DNA of 64,000 nt, from assembly GCA_944387545.1 (NCBI GenBank), contig CALXFE010000005.1, positions 12,803-76,802 of the forward strand, given 5' to 3'. Positions within the stretch are counted from its first letter, which is position 1; every line of letters begins with the position of its first letter. Below, piece after piece: positions 18,635-27,231 of the stretch. The stretch is from an uncultured Clostridia bacterium (GTDB lineage Bacteria > Bacillota > Clostridia > TANB77 > CAG-508). The notes beneath the pieces are model-generated. The model had not been told where the DNA came from. It worked only from the letters and a program-made list of their open reading frames with translations, and searched no databases. The position numbers were made by a program, and so were the translations under genes.

Positions 18635-19443
18635 TAATGGGTCATTTTTTGTCTTACATATTCATACAATATAATACCTGTTGCAACTGAAGCATTTAAG
18701 CTTTCTGTTTTTCCAAGCATTGGTATTTTTACTTTTTTATCTGCTAGTTTTTGTATTTTTTCTTCCACTCCATTTGCTTCATTTCCAATAACAATGACTT
18801 TTTTCTTGTAATCAATATCATAGATACTATTTTTGGTTTGTAGTGAGGTTACAACAATTTCAAATTTGTGTTTTTTGATTTCTTTTAATGTTTTTTCTAA
18901 ATCTTCACATTCTATGATTTTTACTCGAAATATAGCGCCCATTGTAGACCTTACAACTTTTGGATTATAACTGTCTGCTGTTCCTTTTGATACCAAGATT
19001 TGATTGATGCCTATACTATCTACTGTTCTTAAAATGGTTCCTAAATTTCCTGGGTCTTGAATATCATCTAAAGCTACAATTATGTCTTGATCATAATTAA
19101 TTTCTTCACTATCCATAATTGTTGATTTCATTGTGTTTTTTTCTACAATGGCTAATATTCCCTGTGGATTTGTAACATCTGTTAAACTTTCAAATAATTT
19201 GCTTGTTACATATACACATTCTTGTTTTGCTATCTCATACATTAAATCTTTAGGAATATTGGATGTTTTTTCGCAATCGTCACAAATAACGACTTGTTTA
19301 ATATTTCCTTTTTCATTGATGGCCTCTTCTATAATTTTAATCCCTTCAATAATATATTCGTTATTCAAGTCTCTATATTTTTTATCTTTTAATTTTTTAA
19401 TATGTTTGATAAATTCATTATCTTTACTTGATATTACTTGCAT
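18634..19443 (-). CDS. TrmH/SpoU-family RNA methyltransferase
   Basis: DPGNLGTILRT, KVVRSTMGA, IGNEANG and ESLNASVA motifs. Confidence 0.93.
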   Translation of the reverse strand: MQVISSKDNEFIKHIKKLKDKKYRDLNNEYIIEGIKIIEEAINEKGNIKQVVICDDCEKTSNIPKDLMYEIAKQECVYVTSKLFESLTDVTNPQGILAIVEKNTMKSTIMDSEEINYDQDIIVALDDIQDPGNLGTILRTVDSIGINQILVSKGTADSYNPKVVRSTMGAIFRVKIIECEDLEKTLKEIKKHKFEIVVTSLQTKNSIYDIDYKKKVIVIGNEANGVEEKIQKLADKKVKIPMLGKTESLNASVATGIILYEYVRQKMTH

Positions 19444-19480
19444 ACTATCTCCTTAAATTCATTTTTTATAGTATATCCAC

Positions 19481-20599
19481 TTATTTCATTTCTATTAATT
19501 CATATTCAGAACTTCCCAAACCAATTTTTTCTCCATGTTCAATTTGACTTTCCCAATTGGTATCTGGATGATTGATATGGAAATGGTCATGTCCTTCTAC
19601 TTTTTTCTTGATATTTTCTCCTAATGCACTATTTTGGAATACTTCTTGTTTATTCACTAAATCTGCACAAGCTTTGTCTAAGGCTACCATATCAAATGAA
19701 GCTAACATTCCAATGTTAGGAACAATTGGCGCGTCATTTTCTGCATGACAATCACAGTTTGGAGAAACATCACAAATTAAACTAATATGGAATTGTGGTC
19801 TATCTTTTACAACAGCTAATGCATATTCTGCCATCTTTTTATTTAAAATATCTGCTGCCTCATCATTTGGTGATTTAATAGCATCAAAATTACAAATTCC
19901 AATACATCTGCCACAACCAACACATTTATTATGGTCGATAACTGCTTTTCCTTCTTCATTGTAGGAAATAGCACCATGTGCACAAATTTTGATACACTGT
20001 TTACATTTTTTACATTTTTCTAAAATGACATTTGGTTTTCCACTACTATGCATTTCCATTTTTCCAGCTCTGGAACCACAACCCATCCCAATATTCTTAA
20101 TAGCTCCACCAAATCCTGTTCCTTCATGTCCTTTAAAATGGTTTAAAGATATAACAATATCGGCATCCATAATCGCTCTTCCAATTTTTGCTGTTTTTAC
20201 ATATTCTCCATCAATATCTACATAAGCTTCATCTGTTCCTTTTAGTCCATCTGCAATAATCACATGACAACCTGTTGAAAATGGACTAAATCCATTTACA
20301 TATGCTGCATCTAAATGGTCAATAGCATTTTTTCTTCCACCAACATATAATGTGTTACAATCTGTTAAAAATGGTTTTCCTCCTAATTCTTTTACAACAT
20401 CTGCAACTACTTTTGCATAATTTGGTCTTAAATATGCTAAGTTTCCTGGTTCTCCAAAATGGATTTTTATAGCTACATATTTATTTTGAAAGTCAATGTT
20501 TTCAATTCCTGCTTTTTTCATTAATTTTTCTAATTTTTGTAATAAATTATATCCTGGTCTTGCTCTGAAGTCTGTAAAATATACTTTTGATTTTTCCAT
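19481..20599 (-). CDS. DUF362-domain iron-sulfur protein with a 2x[4Fe-4S] ferredoxin domain
   Basis: VAIKIHFGEPG, HFKGH..GFGGAIKNIGMG, CKKCKQCIKIC and CVGCGRCIGIC motifs. Confidence 0.85.
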   Translation of the reverse strand: MEKSKVYFTDFRARPGYNLLQKLEKLMKKAGIENIDFQNKYVAIKIHFGEPGNLAYLRPNYAKVVADVVKELGGKPFLTDCNTLYVGGRKNAIDHLDAAYVNGFSPFSTGCHVIIADGLKGTDEAYVDIDGEYVKTAKIGRAIMDADIVISLNHFKGHEGTGFGGAIKNIGMGCGSRAGKMEMHSSGKPNVILEKCKKCKQCIKICAHGAISYNEEGKAVIDHNKCVGCGRCIGICNFDAIKSPNDEAADILNKKMAEYALAVVKDRPQFHISLICDVSPNCDCHAENDAPIVPNIGMLASFDMVALDKACADLVNKQEVFQNSALGENIKKKVEGHDHFHINHPDTNWESQIEHGEKIGLGSSEYELIEMK

Positions 20600-20670
20600 C
20601 TTTTTCCCTCTTTCTTTATTATAATGATATTTTTATATTAATAAATATGGTCGTGTATATGAAATAAAAA

Positions 20671-20695
20671 CAACCATACATTTTTTGTATGATTG
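20671..20695 (-). terminator. Intrinsic terminator of the pilin-like gene
   Basis: CAATCATACA-loop-TGTATGGTTG plus a T-tract on the minus strand. Confidence 0.65.
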
Positions 20696-20736
20696 TATTT
20701 TATAACTTTTTTTCAGTTTTAGCAATATATTTCATA

Positions 20737-20770
20737 ACTTTTCGACTCAAGCTCTGCTCGAACGAAAAGT
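20737..20770 (-). other. GC-containing hairpin downstream of the putative DGR variable region
   Basis: ACTTTTCG-T-TCGAGC-AGA-GCTTGA-GT-CGAAAAGT, about 74 nt after the stop, without a U-tract. Confidence 0.45.
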
Positions 20771-20843
20771 ATATAATTTTAAATTGTTTACTTTCTTTTT
20801 ATGTTATTCATACTTTTTTATTGCTCAGATAACAGATTTCACA

Positions 20844-21008
20844 TTACTGTACTGCGAGACTTACACGGAAGCTAAGGTAGTAGCGATCTTTTCCATAGTT
20901 GGCGTTAACGTAGAATACTCCAGCCTTAGCTCCCTCGATATAGTAGCCTCCTCGCAAGAAGAAAGGATCCTCCACCCCCACAAATGCGACGTTATCTCCA
21001 TTCCACCC
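20844..21008 (-). other. Putative DGR variable region (VR)
   Basis: Hand count: 80/165 nt GC and 18 of 54 sense codons ending in C, versus 4 of 59 in 21063-21239 of the same gene. Confidence 0.7.
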
Positions 21009-22514
21009 ACTAGTTTCATATGTGGCATCTCCATATTTATAGTCACTACTTGCTGTTGTTCCTGTATACACTGTTGAATATGCATCATTGGTCCCATCTG
21101 CAAATGAACTTCCGTTAGTTAAACTCGGACTTTCTCCATAATATCCTGCCACATATTCAAGTGTTCCTCCTGATAAATCATAAACTCCAAAAATGTTTCC
21201 TGTGCTACTCTGCTTTATATTCGTTACATAAGCAGTTCCAGAACCTCCGCCTGTATAATAATTACTATTTGAATTTACTGTTATTTCCGTTCCATTTCTT
21301 CCATATTTGCTTTCTGTTAAGTATGCTACTGCTCCCCATTCACTATTTTTCATTAAATGGCTACTTAATGTCGTATTATAGTTTTGCGCATTTGTAAATA
21401 CATTTCCTATTGCAATATATCTCCAACTGCTCACTCCTGCTACAAATTTAGGTTTATTATTCCCTGCACTACTTGCTTCATATTTTGCTACCCAGATTCC
21501 TTCTAGTTTACTATTCCATCCTCCATAGTTGACATCTGCATCAAATGCAGGATGTGTTTTGAAATATTTATCATTTACGGATATAGCTGTTTGTACAGAC
21601 ACCCCACTTTTCGTTCTTCCTTCTGTATCCACAATTCCTCTTGCATCACTATATCCTACTATTTGCTCATTTACTAATGCTTCTTCTTCTGTCAATGTTC
21701 CTGCTCTATATGCATTTTCACTATCTTGTGAGTCAAAATATATTATCCTATAAGCATATCTTGGTATCCATACAAAATAACTATCTACATTATCTACTGT
21801 TACTTTTGCATTTGCCCAATGACTATCTCCTCCATTTGTTGTTCCTCCATCTGACATATCACTATCTGTTGTTTCTACATAACTATACCAATCTGTTCCA
21901 TTACTATTACTTACATTTGTTGTTTCTCCTGTTGCTTCATTATATGTGATTGCTGTCATTCCTTGTTTTAATACTGGGTGATTTGGTGTAGTTGTTGTAT
22001 TATGGCTTGTTCCACTTAAAAATTCTACTTCTATTACACCATAAGCCATGTTAAAGTTTGTTCCTGTTCCCTCTGTTGGTTTTTCTGGCTCTCTTTCTGT
22101 ATAATCCTCTACATTTCCATTTTTATCTACAAAATATTTTCTTCCATTTGCATCATTTTCTGTTATCGTTACGATATATCCTTCTGTTCCATCCTCATTT
22201 GTCCCTGGTTTTACTGCGTATTTTCCAGTTTCAAAATACTTTCCTAATTCTTCATCTAAATTATCTTGCATGATTTCTTCACCATTATTTTTTGTCAATG
22301 CACCTAATGCCGATAATTTTACTTTTTCTTTTTCTTCTGCTAATTTTGTTTGTTCACTTGCATCTGTTGCTCTTCTTAAGATTCCATTATCTCCTGTCAA
22401 GGTTGCAATGGTTACTCCTGCTAATATTAATAACACGATGATAGTTATGATTAATGCTATTAAGGTAATACCAGTATTCCTTTTTTTTATATAAGCTATT
22501 TGATCATTCTTCAT
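20844..22514 (-). CDS. Type IV pilin-like surface protein with a C-terminal C-type-lectin-fold (FGE/Mtd-like) domain; putative DGR target
   Basis: KKRNTG|ITLIALIITIIVLLILAGVTIATLTGDNGI class III signal-like N-terminus; WIPRY, GIWVAKYEAS, MKNSEWGAVAYL, GVYDLSGG..EYV, and RGG..AGVF..SFRV at the C-terminus. ATG 22514 follows AAAGGAAG. Confidence 0.8.
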   Translation of the reverse strand: MKNDQIAYIKKRNTGITLIALIITIIVLLILAGVTIATLTGDNGILRRATDASEQTKLAEEKEKVKLSALGALTKNNGEEIMQDNLDEELGKYFETGKYAVKPGTNEDGTEGYIVTITENDANGRKYFVDKNGNVEDYTEREPEKPTEGTGTNFNMAYGVIEVEFLSGTSHNTTTTPNHPVLKQGMTAITYNEATGETTNVSNSNGTDWYSYVETTDSDMSDGGTTNGGDSHWANAKVTVDNVDSYFVWIPRYAYRIIYFDSQDSENAYRAGTLTEEEALVNEQIVGYSDARGIVDTEGRTKSGVSVQTAISVNDKYFKTHPAFDADVNYGGWNSKLEGIWVAKYEASSAGNNKPKFVAGVSSWRYIAIGNVFTNAQNYNTTLSSHLMKNSEWGAVAYLTESKYGRNGTEITVNSNSNYYTGGGSGTAYVTNIKQSSTGNIFGVYDLSGGTLEYVAGYYGESPSLTNGSSFADGTNDAYSTVYTGTTASSDYKYGDATYETSGWNGDNVAFVGVEDPFFLRGGYYIEGAKAGVFYVNANYGKDRYYLSFRVSLAVQ

Positions 22515-22643
22515 GTGTCTTTCTTCCTTTCTTTTTCCATTTTTCTTTTGCATTATAATATTTCACTTTGCTTTCACCATATATCTATACTTTACTATAA
22601 GTATCATACCTTTTCAAGTATATTTTTAAATTTATTTTATCAT

Positions 22644-25600
22644 TTATTTTTTGTATTTCATTAATGTCTTCAAAAACGCTGTCACATCATTTAAAACTTT
22701 CATTTCATTATCTGTACCAATCTCTAAAGTTATCATTGGTTTAATACCTGCTGAAAATTTTAATCTATTGCCATATTCTTTTACAAGTTTTGTTACATCA
22801 TAATCAAATTGTCCTTCTTCAAATGTAAAGACAACAGCTGTTTTTTTGCTTGCAATTTTTGATATATTTAACGTTTTTGCTAAATATTTAATTCTTGCAA
22901 TATCAATTAAATTCTCTAATTCTCCTGGCATATTCCCAAACCTATCAATAATTTCATCAATGACATTTTGGATATCTTCTTCATTTTTACATAAAGCAAT
23001 ATCTTGATAAATTTCGATTTTTTGATTGGCATCTGAAATATAGTCATCTGGAATATAGCTAGTGACATTTAAGTCTATTTGGATATCGACTTCTGGTTTT
23101 ACTTCAATTCCCTTCATTTCTTTTATCACTTCATCTAACAAGTTACAATACGTATCATATCCAACTTGTTCTAAATGTCCTGATTGAATTTCACCAAGCA
23201 GACTTCCAGCTCCTCTGATTTCTAAATCACGCATCGCAATTTTAAATCCTGACCCAAATTCTGTAAATTCTTTTATCGCTTTTAACCTCTTATCTGCCAC
23301 TTCTGATAACAATTTATCTCGTTTATAGGTAATATATGCATAGGCTTGCCTATCACTTCTACCTACTCTTCCTCGTATTTGATATAACTGTGCTAATCCC
23401 ATTCTATCTGCATTTTCAACAATAATGGTATTGGCATTTGGAATATCAATTCCCGATTCCAAAATGGTTGTACAAACTAATACATTAGATTTCTTTTGTA
23501 TGAAATCATTCATAATTTCTTCAATTTGGTTTCCTGACATTTGTCCATGTGCATAAGAAACTTCTGCTTCTGGCACTAGTCTTGATATTTCATCCGCTTT
23601 TCGTTGGATATTTTCCACATTATTAAAGATGTAAAATACTTGCCCGTCTCTTTCTAATTCTTTTGTAATCGCTTCTTTTATCACTTCTCTATCATATTCT
23701 AATACATAGGTTTGTACAGGTCTTCTATTATGTGGTGGCTCATAAATAACAGACATATCCCTTACACCAACAATAGACATGTGTAAAGTTCTAGGAATTG
23801 GTGTTGCCGTCATCGTTAACACATCTACATTGGTTTTGTATTGCTTTATTTTTTCTTTATCTTTTACACCAAATCGATGCTCTTCATCAATAATTAATAA
23901 GCCTAAATCTTTAAATTCCACATCTTTACTAAGAACTCTATGGGTTCCAATGACAATATCCACTTCTCCTAATTTCAAACCTTTGATGACTTCTTTTTGA
24001 TATTTAGCAGATTTAAATCTGTTTAAAATTTCTACTTTAATCGGATAATCTTTCATTCTTTCTTTAAATTCTTGATATTGTTGTTCTGCTAAAACCGTTG
24101 TCGGTGCTAAATACGCTACTTGTTTTTGGTCCATAACCGCTTTAAAAGCTGCTCTTATTGCAACTTCTGTTTTACCATATCCAACATCTCCACATAGCAA
24201 TCTATCCATTGGTTTACTAGCTTCCATATCTTTTTTGACCTCTTCAATACAACGTAATTGATCATCTGTTTCTTGATATGGAAATTTCGCTTCAAACTCA
24301 TTTTGCCAAGGGGTGTCTTTGCTAAAACTAAACCCTTGTGATTTCTCTCTTTTGGCATATAACTCAATTAACTCTTTTGCCACTTCTCTTAAATTTTTCT
24401 TTACTCTTGTTTTTGTATTTTCCCAGTCTTTGCTTCCTAATCGATTGATTTTAGGATTGATTTTATCTCCACCAACATATTTTCGAATCATATCCATCTG
24501 ATTGGTTGGCACATATAAGATATCATCATTTTTATATTTGATTTTGACATAGTCCTTAATCGTTCCATCTGCTTTAATAGTATTGACACCAATATAGATA
24601 CCAATCCCATAAGTTTTATGAACGACATAATCTCCAATTTTCAAATCGGCAAAGACAACTTTTTCTCCTTCTGTATAAGCAGAATGAACCGTCTTTCTTT
24701 TTCTCTTTTCTCCACTAATTAATTCATCTGCTGAAATAACTAACTGATTGATTTCATAATTTTCAAATCCTGCTGATATCTTCCCAATTCCAATAGTAAC
24801 CACTTTTTCTACTGTTTTTACGACAATGGTTTTATCTAATTTTTCTTCAAGCTTACAAATAATGTCTTCTTTTTCTAATATTTCTTTTAATTTTTTTGCC
24901 TTTTCTTTATTCTCGACTAAAATATATACACTCTTTTTTTGCTTTAAGGCTTCTTTTAATTCTTCAAATAAATTTTCAATCTCGCTTTTATAAAAATTAA
25001 CTTCTCTATATTCAAAAACATATTTCTCTGCTTGTTTATTGGTTACGCTATCTTGTTTTTCTAAATAGATTACATTTCTTTTTCCCTTTTCTAAAATGTC
25101 TTCGATTTCTTGATATTCAATCACGTTCTCTAAACTTTGTGGGATTATTTTTTCTTTCTCCACCAAAGCATTGATTAAATGTTTTCTATCTTGCTTTATA
25201 TTTTCTGTTCTTTGTTCTATTTTTCTTTCTTCATCTAATGCGATGATATATTTATCAGATAAATAATCTAATAAGGTAGAAGATTTTGTATAAAAACAAT
25301 CAAAATATTTATCCATTTTGCTAATATAGTTTCCACCTATAATTTGCTCTATATCTTCTTCTACAATCTCTTTTTGTTTTTCATTAATACTTAAGTTTCT
25401 AATATTGTTACATACTTGTTCTATCGATTGTTCCAATATGTATTCATGTGCTGGGTAAATTTCTACTTTTTCTAATGTATTAATTGATCTTTGGCTAACA
25501 ATCGCAAAATTTCTAATAGAATCTATTTCGTCTCCCCAAAATTCAATTCTAACCCCTATTTTTTCAGAAACAGAAATATCTAAAATACCACCTCTAATGC

Positions 25601-26117
25601 TAAATTGTCCTCTTGCTTCTATTAAATCACATCTCACATATCCTAAATTGACTAATTTTTTCTTGATTTCTTCTAATGAACATACATCACCTATTTTAAA
25701 GTGTAAAATATTTTTGAATAAGAGTTCTTTTGGTGGTAGTTTTTGCATGAAAGCTTCAATCGTTGTCACAATAATTGGATGTCTTTTTTCTTTAATTTTA
25801 CTTAACACTTCTATTCTTTCATATGGTAAGTCTTTACTTTCTGCAATATAGTCATAAGTTACAATTTCTTTTTTGGGGAAGATGTATCCCTTATCTATAA
25901 ATGCTTTTAGGTTTTCTGATATTTCTTTTGCCTGAATTTCATTGTATGTAACAATTAAGATTGGCTTTTTAGCATATTCATTAATACTAGCTAATAACTC
26001 TATCATTCCCACGCCAGTTAAGCCCGATAACATAATCGGGCTTTTTTCTTTTTCTATTTGATTTACCAATGTTACAAACTTTTGGGATTTCCCAAGCTCT
26101 CCTAGTATGGTATTCAT
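22644..26117 (-). CDS. mfd: Transcription-repair coupling factor
   Basis: UvrB-like N-terminus, CarD-like RID (GDYVVHKTYGIG), CGDVGYGKTEVA, DEEHRFG, TATPIPRTL, QIRGRVGRS and TRCF C-terminus. Confidence 0.98.
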   Translation of the reverse strand: MNTILGELGKSQKFVTLVNQIEKEKSPIMLSGLTGVGMIELLASINEYAKKPILIVTYNEIQAKEISENLKAFIDKGYIFPKKEIVTYDYIAESKDLPYERIEVLSKIKEKRHPIIVTTIEAFMQKLPPKELLFKNILHFKIGDVCSLEEIKKKLVNLGYVRCDLIEARGQFSIRGGILDISVSEKIGVRIEFWGDEIDSIRNFAIVSQRSINTLEKVEIYPAHEYILEQSIEQVCNNIRNLSINEKQKEIVEEDIEQIIGGNYISKMDKYFDCFYTKSSTLLDYLSDKYIIALDEERKIEQRTENIKQDRKHLINALVEKEKIIPQSLENVIEYQEIEDILEKGKRNVIYLEKQDSVTNKQAEKYVFEYREVNFYKSEIENLFEELKEALKQKKSVYILVENKEKAKKLKEILEKEDIICKLEEKLDKTIVVKTVEKVVTIGIGKISAGFENYEINQLVISADELISGEKRKRKTVHSAYTEGEKVVFADLKIGDYVVHKTYGIGIYIGVNTIKADGTIKDYVKIKYKNDDILYVPTNQMDMIRKYVGGDKINPKINRLGSKDWENTKTRVKKNLREVAKELIELYAKREKSQGFSFSKDTPWQNEFEAKFPYQETDDQLRCIEEVKKDMEASKPMDRLLCGDVGYGKTEVAIRAAFKAVMDQKQVAYLAPTTVLAEQQYQEFKERMKDYPIKVEILNRFKSAKYQKEVIKGLKLGEVDIVIGTHRVLSKDVEFKDLGLLIIDEEHRFGVKDKEKIKQYKTNVDVLTMTATPIPRTLHMSIVGVRDMSVIYEPPHNRRPVQTYVLEYDREVIKEAITKELERDGQVFYIFNNVENIQRKADEISRLVPEAEVSYAHGQMSGNQIEEIMNDFIQKKSNVLVCTTILESGIDIPNANTIIVENADRMGLAQLYQIRGRVGRSDRQAYAYITYKRDKLLSEVADKRLKAIKEFTEFGSGFKIAMRDLEIRGAGSLLGEIQSGHLEQVGYDTYCNLLDEVIKEMKGIEVKPEVDIQIDLNVTSYIPDDYISDANQKIEIYQDIALCKNEEDIQNVIDEIIDRFGNMPGELENLIDIARIKYLAKTLNISKIASKKTAVVFTFEEGQFDYDVTKLVKEYGNRLKFSAGIKPMITLEIGTDNEMKVLNDVTAFLKTLMKYKK

Positions 26118-26244
26118 TTTATTGCATTCCTTCCTTGAAATGTAAATGATTCGATTTCTATATTATACTACTTTTTTTCGGAAATAGAAATAGTTTTGTG
26201 AATATTTATTCAAATACCACGGTTATTGATTATTGTTTATACAG

Positions 26245-26275
26245 GCATAAAAATAAAAGTATCGCATATACTAAA
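26245..26275 (+). promoter_or_regulatory. Sporulation-sigma-like promoter (SigE/SigG type)
   Basis: GCATA at 26245-26249 and CATATACTA at 26265-26273, fitting B. subtilis-type SigG (17 nt to TATACTA) or SigE consensus. Confidence 0.4.
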
Positions 26276-26308
26276 ACTATTATATATGCATAAAGGAGAA
26301 ATTTTATT

Positions 26309-27208
26309 ATGAATGATTATCCATTTATTCCCTATTATAATTTTGAAACTATTTGTAATCAACAGCCAATTACTTTTCCACCTCAACATCAGTCTGTGCA
26401 ACCAGGAATGGAAAATGAAATGAATCCACTTCCTATCTTTGATAATCAAAATTATGTGCCAAGTGGGAAGTTACAAGGAAGAGTTGCCATTATTTCTGGT
26501 GGTGATAGTGGTATTGGAAGAGCTGTAGGGGTTTTATTTGCTAAAGAAGGTTGCGATATTGTTATTGCTTACTTAAATGAACATGAAGATGCTAACTATA
26601 CCAAAGAAATCATCGAATATTATGGTAGAAAATGTTTACTAATAGCATGCGATTTACGAAAAGAAGACGCTTCCACTCAAGTCATTATTGAAACTTTAAA
26701 AACTTTTGGGAAAGTCGACATTTTAGTCAATAATTGTGGTGTGCAATTCCCACAAAATAGTATACTAGATATTACAGCAGAACAATTAAAAAACACATTT
26801 GAGACCAATATTTTTTCATTTTTCTATTTAACGAAAGCCGTGCTTCCTTACTTAGAAGCAAATGCTAGTATTATTAATACATCTTCTATTACTGCTTTTG
26901 GTGGAAAGAAAAACTTAATAGATTACTCTTCTACCAAAGGTGCTATTACTGTATTTACAAAATCCTTAGCTTTATCCCTAGCAGATAGTAAAATAAGAGT
27001 TAATGCTGTTGCACCAGGTCCTATTTGGACTCCACTCATTCCTGCTTCTTTTACAGCAGAAGAAGTTTCTATTTTTGGCACAGAAACGCCATTAAAAAGA
27101 GCAGGTCAACCTTTTGAACTTGCCCCTGCTTATTTATATTTAGCTTCTGATGATTCTCGCTATGTTACTGGTCAAATTATTCATGTCAATGGTGGAACCA
27201 TTGTTTAA
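26309..27208 (+). CDS. SDR oxidoreductase (YdaD/YhdF general-stress type)
   Basis: PPQHQSVQPG N-terminus, SGGDSGIGRAV, YSSTKGA and RVNAVAPGPIWTPLI motifs. Confidence 0.92.
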   Translation: MNDYPFIPYYNFETICNQQPITFPPQHQSVQPGMENEMNPLPIFDNQNYVPSGKLQGRVAIISGGDSGIGRAVGVLFAKEGCDIVIAYLNEHEDANYTKEIIEYYGRKCLLIACDLRKEDASTQVIIETLKTFGKVDILVNNCGVQFPQNSILDITAEQLKNTFETNIFSFFYLTKAVLPYLEANASIINTSSITAFGGKKNLIDYSSTKGAITVFTKSLALSLADSKIRVNAVAPGPIWTPLIPASFTAEEVSIFGTETPLKRAGQPFELAPAYLYLASDDSRYVTGQIIHVNGGTIV

Positions 27209-27231
27209 AAGCAGAGTTTTTTCTCTGCTTT
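27208..27231. terminator. Bidirectional terminator
   Basis: AAAGCAGAG-T6-CTCTGCTTT between convergent stop codons. Confidence 0.8.
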
